A DNA stretch of 64,000 bases from Spirochaetota bacterium (GCA_029552945.1 JAKPDD010000032.1:142377-206376); one strand, 5' to 3'; shown: positions 1 to 10,279, counted from the first letter of the stretch. Numbers and translations: made by a program. The notes: generated from the letters alone by a model not told the origin.

Positions 1-782
1 TTTAGGTCTTTAATGCTAAGCAATATTTTTCTTTTATTTTTATCAATTTCTATAACTTTAGCTTTAATATTTTGACCAACTTTAAAGATTTTTTCCGGTT
101 CAACTCTATCCCATGATATATCACTACCCCTTATGAGAGCAGTCTCAATATCATCAATCGAAACTATAATACTTTTTGGATTTATTTTTAAAATTTTTGC
201 TCCTACTTCATCACCAACCTTAAGTTCACTATATAATTTTTCAACTTTTTTTTGCTTAACATCCTCAAGTATTGGTTTTCTTGATACAACAACATTAATT
301 TTTCCATTTTTACCTTCTTTAAGATCAGCAACCTTAAGTCTGAATAATCTTCCTTTATATTTTTCAGGATTCTCAACCTTATCAAGAGAAACTTGAGACA
401 ATGGCAAAAAAGCTTCAACAACACCATTTATTAAAACTTTATACCCACCTTTCACTAAATCAACAACTTTACCCTCAACTTCTCCATTGTTTTTATATGC
501 ATTTTTTATTTCTTCCAATGTCTTAATTTCGTTAGCCTTTTTATATGATACTTTTACATAACTCGGTCCTACTTTTTCCACATAAACTTCAATAGTATCT
601 CCCTCTTTTGGGATAAAATCAAATTCATTTATGTCAAGTCTTGTTTCAGACTTCGTCCCTATATCAAGCAATACTTCATCCTGAAATACTTTCAGGATTG
701 AAGTCTTAACTAAATTCCCTATTGATAGGGCTGAAGTCTCTCCAAGACTTTTTTCCATAAGTTCTTTAAAGTTTTCGGTCAT
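1..782 (-). CDS. rpsA: 30S ribosomal protein S1, N-terminal portion; the 3' end runs off the window start
   Basis: Minus-strand translation begins with ATG at 782-780 preceded by GAGAGGAAAA. The protein begins MTENFKELMEKSLGE...VKTSILKVFQDEVLLDIGTKSE, collinear with the S1 N-terminus and repeated S1 domains. It is absent from the ORF track because it is truncated. Confidence 0.85.
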   Translation of the reverse strand, partial: MTENFKELMEKSLGETSALSIGNLVKTSILKVFQDEVLLDIGTKSETRLDINEFDFIPKEGDTIEVYVEKVGPSYVKVSYKKANEIKTLEEIKNAYKNNGEVEGKVVDLVKGGYKVLINGVVEAFLPLSQVSLDKVENPEKYKGRLFRLKVADLKEGKNGKINVVVSRKPILEDVKQKKVEKLYSELKVGDEVGAKILKINPKSIIVSIDDIETALIRGSDISWDRVEPEKIFKVGQNIKAKVIEIDKNKRKILLSIKDL

Positions 783-961
783 TGAATTTTCCTCTCTAAC
801 ATAAAGTTTTTAAAAAAAATAAAATTTAATTGCTAAAATTTAATAAACTAAAACAAACCTAAGTATAAAATTATTTTAAAATATCACATAAAAATAAACT
901 ATAACACTAAAGTTTTAAAAGACTAAGTCGATCCTTTTGTAAAATTAATCAGGACTAAATA

Positions 962-1744
962 ATGATTATAAAAACAATCACACTTGCTATAATACAGGGA
1001 ATAACAGAGTTTTTACCCATTAGTAGTTCAGGGCATACAATAATATTTGGGGAAATATTGGGGTTAAGTACAGACTTCCTTATATTAAACATAATACTAC
1101 ATGCTGGAAGCCTTTTAGCAATAATTTTATTTTTCTTCAAAGATATAATTAACCTAATAAGATATTTTTCATACAAAAAAAACCCGCTAATTTACCATAT
1201 AATAATAGCAACAATACCAACAGCAATAATGGGTTTAATCGTAAAAAAATATTATAAAATAATGGAAAATACAATATTTGTATCAATAATGCTTATTATT
1301 ACAGGTTTGATATTGATTTCAACAAAGTTTTTAGCTAAAAATAAAGAAAAAAATATTAACTTTCTCTCATCACTAATAATAGGAATAGTTCAGGGACTTG
1401 CTACAATACCAGGAATATCAAGGTCAGGATCAACAATTTCAGTAGCTCTTATCCTCGGTTTAAAAAGAGAGGAATCTTTTAAGTTTTCATTCCTGATAGT
1501 AATACCAGCTATAATCGGAGCTATATTAATAGAAATATTTGAATATATAAATAAACTCAAAAATTCACAATATATTACACTCAATTTAGATATATACACT
1601 TATATTATAGGATTTATTGTCTCTTTTATAGTAAGTATATTATCCCTGAGTCTGTTAAAGATTGTTATAAAGAAAGAAAAAATACACCTTTTTGCATACT
1701 ACTGTTTCCTAGTTTCAGTAGCAGGACTAATAATTGGAGGATAA
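962..1744 (+). CDS. uppP: undecaprenyl-diphosphate phosphatase (BacA/UppP)
   Basis: 260 aa, polytopic membrane protein with the EFLPISSSGH signature and PGISRSG motif of UppP. Confidence 0.9.
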   Translation: MIIKTITLAIIQGITEFLPISSSGHTIIFGEILGLSTDFLILNIILHAGSLLAIILFFFKDIINLIRYFSYKKNPLIYHIIIATIPTAIMGLIVKKYYKIMENTIFVSIMLIITGLILISTKFLAKNKEKNINFLSSLIIGIVQGLATIPGISRSGSTISVALILGLKREESFKFSFLIVIPAIIGAILIEIFEYINKLKNSQYITLNLDIYTYIIGFIVSFIVSILSLSLLKIVIKKEKIHLFAYYCFLVSVAGLIIGG

Positions 1745-1746
1745 AG

Positions 1747-4140
1747 ATGCCTTATATAAAGGAGATAATAACATTAATTTTAAGCTCTTTTACATTTGTA
1801 TATATATTAAGTATATTATCATTCCACACAACATACAAAAATATATTATACTATCCAACACCAAATGGTGAAAATCTACTTGGGCATATTGGTTCTTATG
1901 TTGCATCAATAAGCTTTTTTATATTAGGGAAAACAGCGTATATACTTATTATCCCATTATTCCTTATTATTTTTGCTCTTGTTTTTGACAAAAAAAAATT
2001 AATAATATATTCAAGAAATATTTTAATTATTCTTTTTTTAATAAGCGGGTTTATTGGACTCTTTTCAAAAGAGTTTTATGGTGGAATTATAGGAGGTATA
2101 AGCGGTATACTTTTTAGAGAACTTTTTGGTTTTGTAGGGACTCTTCTTATATTGATATTATTAACACTTGCAGCACTTTCATTAATATCAGAAAAAATTA
2201 AGAGATCAATAATAAACCCTAAAATAATGATGTTTTATATCATCAATAAAATATTTCTTCATAATATAAATAAAAATCAGAGTAACACAGATAATCACAC
2301 AAATTATGAAGAAAGAAAAGAAGAAAATAAAAATATAATAGAAATAAAAGAGTATTGCTTTGAACAAGAAAAACCTGTTAAAAAAGAAAATGATTTATTA
2401 GATAAAGGAATATATAGTAATAATTATCAAGAAAGAGAAGAAAACTATATAGAATATTTAAATATAAAATCTGAAACTAAAAGTAATATAGACTCTAAAG
2501 TAGATAGATTATTAGAAGAAAATATTCATAATAATAAAACAGATGAAGAAAAAATAAAAAATCAAGATCAAGAAAAAAAAGATTTAACAGGTTTTTCAGA
2601 TAAAATTAATAGAGAATTAGAAGAAAATAACTATGAAATTAATGGAATAGATGATAAACATGAAATAACAGATAAAATAGATAATAGTGATAATAAAGAC
2701 ATATTTATAAATAATATTAAAGAAGACAATAAAAATATCGAATCCATATTAACAAAAGACTTTAAATTTCCTGAAATCTCCTTACTTAAGGATAGCCCAA
2801 AAAATTACAAAAAAGATGAGGAAGAAGAAAAAATTACAGTGGGCTTAAAACTGGTTGAGGTATTAAAAGAGTTTAATATAGAAGTAACACTTGAAAATAT
2901 AGTATCAGGGCCTGTAATAACAAGATACGAGATAGTTCCCCCAAAAGGTCTTAAATTAAGTAAGATAATAAGCCTTGAAGACAATATATCACTAGGGCTT
3001 GCCTCACATGAAAAAATAAGAATAGAAGCACCTGTGCCAGGTAAAAAAGTTGTTGGAATAGAGGTCCCCAATAAATATAGGGCATTAATTACACTCAAAG
3101 ATATGCTAAATGATCCTGAGTTTAAACCAGAAAATATGGCAATACCATTTACTTTAGGAAAAGATATAACGGGAAAATCACACTACACAGACATTTCAAA
3201 GATTCCCCACCTACTTATAGCAGGCTCAACAGGTTCAGGAAAAAGCGTATGCCTTAACTCACTTATAACAACAATCTTGTACACTAAAAAGCCAGATGAG
3301 GTTAAACTTATACTTGTTGACCCAAAAAGAGTTGAACTTAAATTATATGAAGGTATCCCACACCTTATAACACCAGTAATAAAAGAGCTATCAGATGCTA
3401 TAAACATGCTTAATTGGGCTGTATCCTATATGGAAGAAAGGTATAAAATCTTAGAATCATGTAATGTAAGAAATATAAAAACCTATAACCTTATAAATAA
3501 AGAAAAAATGCCTTATATACTGATTATAATTGATGAGTTTGCAGACTTTATAATAACAGGTAAAAAAGAGATAGAGGACCCAATAATAAGACTTGCTGCA
3601 ATGGCAAGAGCTGTGGGAATTCATTTAGTTCTAGCAACCCAAAGACCTTCAGCAGATATAATAACTAACCTTATAAAAGCTAATTTCCCTGGAAGAATAG
3701 CTTTTAAAGTTGCAACAAAACTTGAATCAAGAATAATACTTGATATAAATGGAGCTGAAAAATTATTGGGCAAAGGTGATATGCTCTATGCAAGTCCCAA
3801 CTCTTTATCAATAAAAAGATTACAATCACCATTAATATCAGATGAAGAGGTAAATGCTGTTACAAATTACTATAGGAACAACTATTCTCCAATATACTGG
3901 GATATCATAGAAGAAACTGAGAAAGAAGCTTCAAGCCCAACAGATGAACCACTATTTAACGAGGCTGTTAACATAATTTTAAGAGATAGAAAAGCATCAG
4001 CTTCATATTTACAGAGAAGACTTAAAATAGGATATAATAGAGCAGCAAGAATAATAGAAATGATGGAAGATATGGGGATAATAAGTCCATCCTATTCTGG
4101 TAAAAGGGAGATTTTAATAGAATCATGGAATGAGATTTAA
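1747..4140 (+). CDS. ftsK: DNA translocase FtsK/SpoIIIE
   Basis: N-terminal TM helices and a low-complexity linker, a Walker A motif (GSTGSGKS) in the motor domain, and a C-terminal gamma (winged-helix) domain. Confidence 0.9.
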   Translation: MPYIKEIITLILSSFTFVYILSILSFHTTYKNILYYPTPNGENLLGHIGSYVASISFFILGKTAYILIIPLFLIIFALVFDKKKLIIYSRNILIILFLISGFIGLFSKEFYGGIIGGISGILFRELFGFVGTLLILILLTLAALSLISEKIKRSIINPKIMMFYIINKIFLHNINKNQSNTDNHTNYEERKEENKNIIEIKEYCFEQEKPVKKENDLLDKGIYSNNYQEREENYIEYLNIKSETKSNIDSKVDRLLEENIHNNKTDEEKIKNQDQEKKDLTGFSDKINRELEENNYEINGIDDKHEITDKIDNSDNKDIFINNIKEDNKNIESILTKDFKFPEISLLKDSPKNYKKDEEEEKITVGLKLVEVLKEFNIEVTLENIVSGPVITRYEIVPPKGLKLSKIISLEDNISLGLASHEKIRIEAPVPGKKVVGIEVPNKYRALITLKDMLNDPEFKPENMAIPFTLGKDITGKSHYTDISKIPHLLIAGSTGSGKSVCLNSLITTILYTKKPDEVKLILVDPKRVELKLYEGIPHLITPVIKELSDAINMLNWAVSYMEERYKILESCNVRNIKTYNLINKEKMPYILIIIDEFADFIITGKKEIEDPIIRLAAMARAVGIHLVLATQRPSADIITNLIKANFPGRIAFKVATKLESRIILDINGAEKLLGKGDMLYASPNSLSIKRLQSPLISDEEVNAVTNYYRNNYSPIYWDIIEETEKEASSPTDEPLFNEAVNIILRDRKASASYLQRRLKIGYNRAARIIEMMEDMGIISPSYSGKREILIESWNEI

Positions 4141-4273
4141 AAAAATTAATTTAAATTCCAGACTTTAGATACTAACTAATAACAATATTTTTATAATAAA
4201 AGTCTTTATTTTAATGATCTAATTTAGAGTAATAAATTAAATTTTAAAAAAAAAATTTCATAAAAAGATTCAA

Positions 4274-5632
4274 GTGGAGAATCTAAAATTGCAATATTTT
4301 GGAAAAGAAACAGAAAAGGCAATTAAAAACTTTGGGAAAGGGTTATTACCCCCTGAGCTTATTAAAGCTTACGGAGAAGTCAAACTTGCTGTTCTTTCAG
4401 CTGTTCAGGAAATAGAAAAAAAGTATACCAAGGAAGAATGGGAAGCTTTACAAAAAACATGCTTTGAAGTTATAGAGAATAACCTTGATGAAAATTTCAT
4501 ACTTCCTTTACTTCAAGGAGGAGCTGGTACAAGTATAAATATGAACGTAAATGAGGTTATAGCAAATAGAGCTAACCAAATATTAGGAAAAGATAGATTT
4601 CATCCTATTGAAGATATAAATGTTTATCAATCAACAAATGATACTTTTCCTACTGCAGTAACAATAACTTTATATAGAAAATTGCTTGATACAGAAAAAC
4701 TTGTAATAAATCTGCAAGAAACACTTATAAAAAAAGAAAATCAGTTCAGTAAAATACTTATGACTGGAAGAACCGAAATGCAGGATGCTCTCCCAATAAC
4801 CTTAGGGCAGGTGTTCGCAAGTTGGGCAGGAATGATAGAAAGAGATAGATGGAGAATACATAAACTTAAAGAAAGAATAAGAGTTATACCGCTGGGGGGC
4901 ACTGCAATAGGAACCGGGTATCCAGCACCTTCAATAATTGTATTTGCATCTGAGAAATTTTTAAGAGAAATAACTACTCTACCCTTGTCAAGAAGCCAAA
5001 ATCTTCCAGATGAAGTTGCTAATCAGGACAAATGGTCTGAACTTGCTTCTGTAATAAAGATAATAGCTGAAAATCTTTATAAAATCACAGGGGACCTGTT
5101 ATTGTATACTTCCAGTTTTATTGATGAAATTAAACACCCTGATCTACAATACGGTTCAACAATAATGGCAGCAAAAACTAACCCTGTTATACTGGAATAT
5201 GTAAGGGGTTTATCCATCAGTATAAAAAATGAGTGTCTTAAAATATCTGAGTTTACATCAAATGGCCAACTTCAACTTAATCCATATCTACCTTTTATTT
5301 TAGAATCATTTTTAAGAGTATTTGATTATATTGAAAAATCCATAATTTCATTTATTGATAATTTTTTGAATCAAATTGAAATAAATAAAGAAAAAATTGA
5401 AGAAAATCTGGTAAAGTCTAATATACTATTAAATGGTTTAATAGGAATATTAGGATACCAAAAAGTAAAAGAAATATATATACTTGTTAAAGAGAAAAAG
5501 ACAACAAAAATCGCGGAAATAAAAAATATAATTAAAGAAAAAACTGATCTTACTTATGATGAAATAGAGTTTTATCTTGATCCTATTAATATCTCATCTT
5601 TTTTTAGACTATGGAGAAAACAAAATGATTAA
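4274..5632 (+). CDS. aspartate ammonia-lyase / class II fumarase superfamily lyase
   Basis: Conserved blocks of the aspartase/fumarase family: GGAGTSINMNVNEV, QSTNDTFPTA, TGRTEMQDALPITLGQ and the GS-x2-M-x2-K-x-N signature (GSTIMAAKTNP). The start is uncertain: GTG at 4274 has no SD, while TTG at 4289 has a GGAG RBS 9 nt upstream. The stop overlaps hydF by 8 nt. Confidence 0.75.
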   Translation: MENLKLQYFGKETEKAIKNFGKGLLPPELIKAYGEVKLAVLSAVQEIEKKYTKEEWEALQKTCFEVIENNLDENFILPLLQGGAGTSINMNVNEVIANRANQILGKDRFHPIEDINVYQSTNDTFPTAVTITLYRKLLDTEKLVINLQETLIKKENQFSKILMTGRTEMQDALPITLGQVFASWAGMIERDRWRIHKLKERIRVIPLGGTAIGTGYPAPSIIVFASEKFLREITTLPLSRSQNLPDEVANQDKWSELASVIKIIAENLYKITGDLLLYTSSFIDEIKHPDLQYGSTIMAAKTNPVILEYVRGLSISIKNECLKISEFTSNGQLQLNPYLPFILESFLRVFDYIEKSIISFIDNFLNQIEINKEKIEENLVKSNILLNGLIGILGYQKVKEIYILVKEKKTTKIAEIKNIIKEKTDLTYDEIEFYLDPINISSFFRLWRKQND

Positions 5633-6836
5633 TACACCTTTATCTGAACAAATAAGAATTATACTTTTTGGAATAAGAAATGCCGGAAAATCAAGCTTAA
5701 TGAATAATATAATGAATAATTATATATCCATAGTCTCAGAAATCCCTGGGACAACTACAGACCCAGTAACAAAATCAATGGAACTTTTACCACTTGGGCC
5801 AGTTGCTTTTACTGACACAGCTGGAATAGATGATGTAGGGACAATAGGAGAATTAAGAATAAAAAAAACTATTGAGTTTTTAAGCATTTCTGATATTGTG
5901 ATATTTGTAACACCTATTGACAAAAGTTTAACAGATATTGAAAAAGAGTTTATAAATCAGATGTTATCATCATCAAAACCATTTATTGTTGCTCTATCTT
6001 TTGCAGATAAAAAGCCTTCCCCTGAGAAAATAGAGTGGGCTCAAAAGTTTAAATATATTAAAATAAACAATAAAACAAAAGAGGGAATAGAAGAAATTAA
6101 AAAAGAAATTATAAATTTAGCAGATAAAATAGAAACCGAGATCCCTCCACTTGAAGGTATTGTAAAAGAAAATGATCTTATTATTCTTGTTGTACCAATC
6201 GATCTTGCTGCCCCAAAAGGAAGACTTATCCTCCCGCAGGTTGAAACAATAAGAGATGCATTAGACAAAGATTGTTGTGTAATGATAGTAAAAGAAAGAG
6301 AATTAAAAACATTTTATGATGCATCCAAAATAAAACCCAAAATAGTAATTACAGATAGTCAAGCATTTTCAAAAGTATCGTCAGATATACCAAAAGACCA
6401 GATGTTAACATCATTTTCAATATTATTTGCAAAAAAAAAGGGGGACCTTTCTCTTTTTGTAAAAGGTTTAAAACAACTTAATAAAATAAAACCAGGTTCT
6501 AAAGTATTAATACTTGAATCATGTCACCACCATCAACAGGCTGATGATATTGGTACTGTTAAAATACCAAGACTATTTAGACAAATGGTAGAAAGTAAAG
6601 TAGAGTTTGATTTTGCAAGAGAACTTCCTGACGAAAACAAAATAAAAGAATATTCACTTGCAATACACTGCGGTGGTTGTATGGTAAATAGAAAAAAAGT
6701 ACTATATAGAATAAGAAAATTAGAGGAAAATAGAGTCTTATCAACAAATTATGGTTTATTCCTTGCATGGGCTAATGGACTTTTACCAAGAGCACTTGAA
6801 CCGTTCCCATTTGAACATGAATTATATTCTATTTAA
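5625..6836 (+). CDS. hydF: [FeFe]-hydrogenase H-cluster maturation GTPase HydF
   Basis: N-terminal GTPase with G1 GIRNAGKSS and G3 DTAG, and a C-terminal FeS-binding CxH...HCxxC signature (SCHHH...AIHCGGC). Start moved to the ATG at 5625, which has a GGAG RBS 8 nt upstream; the longer ORF from 5577 overlaps the preceding gene. Confidence 0.8.
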   Translation: MINTPLSEQIRIILFGIRNAGKSSLMNNIMNNYISIVSEIPGTTTDPVTKSMELLPLGPVAFTDTAGIDDVGTIGELRIKKTIEFLSISDIVIFVTPIDKSLTDIEKEFINQMLSSSKPFIVALSFADKKPSPEKIEWAQKFKYIKINNKTKEGIEEIKKEIINLADKIETEIPPLEGIVKENDLIILVVPIDLAAPKGRLILPQVETIRDALDKDCCVMIVKERELKTFYDASKIKPKIVITDSQAFSKVSSDIPKDQMLTSFSILFAKKKGDLSLFVKGLKQLNKIKPGSKVLILESCHHHQQADDIGTVKIPRLFRQMVESKVEFDFARELPDENKIKEYSLAIHCGGCMVNRKKVLYRIRKLEENRVLSTNYGLFLAWANGLLPRALEPFPFEHELYSI

Positions 6837-6869
6837 TGTTAAAAAAATTATTTTAATTCATTAATAAAT

Positions 6870-6897
6870 AAATTACTATATAATTATATAGTAATTT
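6870..6897. promoter_or_regulatory. perfect 28-bp palindrome (AAATTACTATATAA|TTATATAGTAATTT) between hydF and metK
   Basis: Read directly: 14 nt and its exact reverse complement with no spacer, about 50 nt upstream of the metK GTG start. Candidate operator site or AT-only hairpin. Confidence 0.5.
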
Positions 6898-6946
6898 TAT
6901 ATTAAATTTAATTAATTAAAATACTAAAATCAGAAGGAGAGCAAAA

Positions 6947-8089
6947 GTGATAAGAAAAGGTATAATATCATCTGAATCAGTAACAGAAGGACACCCAGAT
7001 AAAATAGCTGACCAAATTTCAGATACTGTGCTTGATGAACTTCTTAAACAAGACGAATACTCAAGAGTTGCATGTGAAACAGTTGCAGGTCATGGTTTTA
7101 TACTACTAACCGGTGAGATAACAACAAAAGCTAACATAAATTATCCTGAAATTGTAAGAAATAAACTAAAAGAGATAGGTTATACACACCCAAAATATGG
7201 TTTAAGTGCTGACCACTGTGGTGTTATAGTCTCAATAAATAGACAGTCACCAGATATAGCAATGGGTGTTGACAAAGAAGGAGCAGGGGATCAGGGGATG
7301 ATGTTTGGGTTTGCAATTGATGAAACACCTGAACTTATGCCAATGCCAATATCATTAGCACATAAATTAACTTTAAGATTAAGAGATGCAAGAAAAAATA
7401 ATGAAGTTGATTTTTTAGGTCCTGATGGTAAGTCCCAAGTTTCAGTAAGATATGAAGATGGTAAACCAGTCTCTGTTGAAGCTGTTGTTATATCTACTCA
7501 ACACACTGAAGATATAACAATAGAAAAGTTAAGAGAATATGTTATGGATGAGATAATAAAGAAGGTGATACCTTCAAACCTTATAACGAAAAATACAAAA
7601 TATTTTATAAACCCTACCGGAAGATTTGTAATAGGGGGGCCTCAAGGAGATGCGGGCCTTACTGGTAGAAAAATAATTGTAGATACTTATGGTGGTTTTA
7701 GCAGACACGGAGGTGGGGCATTTTCAGGAAAAGACTCAACAAAAGTGGATAGGAGTGCTGCATATATGGCAAGATATGTTGCAAAAAACCTTGTTGCAGC
7801 TGGAATAGCAAATGCCTGTGAAGTACAGCTTGCTTATGCAATAGGAGTTGCAGAGCCAGTATCTATAATGATTGAAACATTTGGAACTAGCAATTTCGAT
7901 AATGAAAAAATAGAAAATATTGTAAGGAAAGTATTCCCATTAACTCCAAAAGGAATAATAGAACACCTGGGTTTAAGAAAACCAATATTTGCAAAAACAG
8001 CTGCATATGGGCATTTTGGTAGAGAACTCCCAGAATTCAGATGGGAAGCAAAAGATATGGTTGATAAGATAAAAGAACTATTAAAATAA
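6947..8089 (+). CDS. metK: S-adenosylmethionine synthetase
   Basis: N-terminus [18 protein letters not shown] and the GGGAFSGKD phosphate loop; collinear with MetK throughout. GTG start with a GGAGAG RBS. Confidence 0.95.
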   Translation: MIRKGIISSESVTEGHPDKIADQISDTVLDELLKQDEYSRVACETVAGHGFILLTGEITTKANINYPEIVRNKLKEIGYTHPKYGLSADHCGVIVSINRQSPDIAMGVDKEGAGDQGMMFGFAIDETPELMPMPISLAHKLTLRLRDARKNNEVDFLGPDGKSQVSVRYEDGKPVSVEAVVISTQHTEDITIEKLREYVMDEIIKKVIPSNLITKNTKYFINPTGRFVIGGPQGDAGLTGRKIIVDTYGGFSRHGGGAFSGKDSTKVDRSAAYMARYVAKNLVAAGIANACEVQLAYAIGVAEPVSIMIETFGTSNFDNEKIENIVRKVFPLTPKGIIEHLGLRKPIFAKTAAYGHFGRELPEFRWEAKDMVDKIKELLK

Positions 8090-8197
8090 TTTTAAATATA
8101 ATTTATTAAAAATCTATCACTTAAATTTTTGTTAAAAGATAAAAAATAATTAATTTTATATATCTAAAATTTTTTGTGAAAAAAATGGAGAAAAAAA

Positions 8198-8625
8198 TGA
8201 AGACATATATGAAGAAGAAAGAAGATGTAAAATTTAAATGGTATATTATTGATGCAAAAGATAAAGTTCTTGGAAGACTTGCAACTAAAATTGTTGAAAT
8301 TTTAAAAGGTAAAAATAGTCCAGACTATACACCACATATAGAATCTGGAAATGGTGTAATAGTAATCAATGCAAAAGAGGTTAAAGTAACCGGTAATAAA
8401 ATTAAAGACAAGATATATTACTGGCATAGTGGCCATCCAGGTGGAATAAAATCAATATCTTTCGGAGAAGCAATTAATAAAAACTACGAAATGCCTATTA
8501 CTAGAGCTGTTAAAGGAATGTTAGCAAAAAATAGAATGAGAGATCATTTGCTTACAAGGCTTAGGATCTTTCCAGGTCCTGAACATAATATGGAAGCACA
8601 AAAACCAGAAAAAATAGAAATCTAA
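8198..8625 (+). CDS. rplM: 50S ribosomal protein L13
   Basis: KWYIIDAKDKVLGRLATKIV matches the L13 N-terminus. ATG at 8198 follows GGAG by 7 nt; the ORF-track start at 8176 (GTG) is less likely. Confidence 0.9.
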
Positions 8626-8644
8626 ATAGAGCGAGGGTATTAAA

Positions 8645-9034
8645 GTGGAATTTGTATGGGCAACAGGTAGAAGAAAAACATCTATAGCAAGAGTAAGAAT
8701 AAAAAAAGGTAAAGGTATTATAAAAGTTAATGGATCAACTATTGAAGACTATTTTGTAAACAGAAAAGTATGGGTAGAAAAAGTTTATGCTCCATTAAAA
8801 GTTACTGATAATTTCGGTAAATATGATATATATATAAATGTACAGGGTGGTGGATTAACAGGACAGGCTGATGCTTGCTCCTTAGGAATTGCAAGAGCTC
8901 TTGTAAAAATTGATGAAACCAATAAAAGTGTATTAAGAAGAAATGGACTTTTAACAAGAGACCCAAGAATGGTAGAAAGAAAGAAATATGGTTTAAGAAA
9001 AGCAAGAAGAGCAAGACAGTACTCAAAAAGATAG
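8645..9034 (+). CDS. rpsI: 30S ribosomal protein S9
   Basis: TGRRKTSIARV near the N-terminus and the basic C-terminal tail LRKARRARQYSKR. Confidence 0.9.
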   Translation: MEFVWATGRRKTSIARVRIKKGKGIIKVNGSTIEDYFVNRKVWVEKVYAPLKVTDNFGKYDIYINVQGGGLTGQADACSLGIARALVKIDETNKSVLRRNGLLTRDPRMVERKKYGLRKARRARQYSKR

Positions 9035-9044
9035 TATTTCAAAA

Positions 9045-9070
9045 AAAAGAGGGGAAAATCCCTCTTTTAT
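9045..9070 (+). terminator. rho-independent terminator after rpsI
   Basis: GAGGGG-AAAAT-CCCCTC hairpin followed by TTTTATT. Confidence 0.6.
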
Positions 9071-9413
9071 TATATATATTTATCAAACTTATTTCATTAT
9101 ATAGAAAGCTTTATTTAAAATTAAATGTAGTTTTTTATATAAAAGTATAATTTATTTAAAGTTGATAAACTTTAGTTCCATTTATGTCATTATTTCTTCA
9201 ATTTCTATAAAATTTATAAGTAAAAATTTTTATTTTTTTACAGACCCATAGTAATTATAAGCCTCTGGTTTGTAGAATATAAAAAATATTAAATTCTTAT
9301 AATCCAGAGGATCTTGTTACTTTTTATAAGATTTATCTAAGATTTTTATAAAAAAAGAAAAATATTATAATCACTTATAGAAATTTATAAATCAACTTAC
9401 ATATTAAAAAACT

Positions 9414-9433
9414 TCCCCCTTTCTAAAAAGGGG
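9414..9433. terminator. bidirectional hairpin terminator at the 3' end of the liv operon
   Basis: CCCCCTTT-CTAA-AAAGGGGG hairpin. The minus-strand reading gives GGGGGAAGTTTTTT immediately after the livF stop, and the plus strand is followed by ATTTTATAT. Confidence 0.5.
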
Positions 9434-9444
9434 GATTTTATATA

Positions 9445-10278
9445 TTAATGTCCACCACCTAAATAAGCTTTTTTAATGTCTTCATTATTTAAAAGAACCT
9501 CAGCTTTATCACCTATTGTTACTCTACCTGTTTCAAGAACAAATCCAAAGTGTGATATTTTTAAAGCCTTTGTTGCATTTTGTTCTACAAGTAGAATTGT
9601 TGTACCAGTTTCTCTATTTAACATTTTAATAATTTCAAATATTTCCTTTACTATTATAGGTGCAAGACCAAGTGATGGCTCATCCAGTAGTAAAACTCTG
9701 GGTTTACCCATTAATCCTCTTCCTATTGCAAGCATCTGTTGCTCACCACCACTTAATGTGGCTGCGACCTGAGCCCTTCTCTGTTTTAGTTTAGGGAAAA
9801 AGGTATATATCATATCAAGAGACTTGCTTCTTTCAGCGTTTGATTGTTTAATAGAATAAGAACCTATCTTTAAGTTTTCTTCTACTGTCAGTTCAGGAAA
9901 AACCTGCCTTCCTTCAGGGACTTGAATTATTCCTTTTCTTGTTATTTTTTCAGGGCTCAAATTTGTTATATCCTCATCAAAAAACTCTATTTTACCTGCT
10001 GCTGCATGAACAAGTCCAGATATTACTCTTAGCGTTGTTGTTTTTCCTGCACCGTTAGCACCCAACAAAGAGACTATAGAACCTTCTGGAACACCAAAAG
10101 AAACCCTTCTTAAGGCCTGGATTTTTCCATAAAATGCGTCTATATTGCTTATCTTTAGAGCAAGTTTTTGTTCATTAACACCTTCTAACTTTTTAGCCCT
10201 TGATATTAATTCAGGCTTAACTTCAATTTTACTCCAGTCTATCTTTTCATCTATTGCAACATTATTTAAATCAGCCAT
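9445..10278 (-). CDS. livF: branched-chain amino acid ABC transporter ATP-binding protein LivF, with an N-terminal extension of about 35 aa
   Basis: Walker A GANGAGKTT and the LSGGEQQ signature; the YGKIQAL block is typical of LivF. Confidence 0.8.
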   Translation of the reverse strand: MADLNNVAIDEKIDWSKIEVKPELISRAKKLEGVNEQKLALKISNIDAFYGKIQALRRVSFGVPEGSIVSLLGANGAGKTTTLRVISGLVHAAAGKIEFFDEDITNLSPEKITRKGIIQVPEGRQVFPELTVEENLKIGSYSIKQSNAERSKSLDMIYTFFPKLKQRRAQVAATLSGGEQQMLAIGRGLMGKPRVLLLDEPSLGLAPIIVKEIFEIIKMLNRETGTTILLVEQNATKALKISHFGFVLETGRVTIGDKAEVLLNNEDIKKAYLGGGH

Positions 10279-10279
10279 T

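Noticed and set aside
133-427. ORF-track ORFs 133..396(+) and 203..427(-)
   Set aside because: Both lie entirely inside the well-supported minus-strand rpsA reading frame, which is absent from the track because it is truncated. Low-complexity translations with no motifs.
4274-5632. Idea that the aspartase-like protein has lost its catalytic SS-loop
   Set aside because: The GS-x2-M-x2-K-x-N signature is retained (GSTIMAAKTN). Only the second Ser and the Pro are substituted, so there is no basis to call it inactive.
6837-6946. SAM riboswitch upstream of metK
   Set aside because: The region is only 110 nt, almost pure A/T, and lacks the conserved GC-rich P1/P3 elements of SAM-I. Only the palindrome reported above is notable.
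9476-9772. 98-aa plus-strand ORF inside livF
   Set aside because: It lies entirely antisense to a clearly conserved ABC ATPase gene; a shadow ORF.
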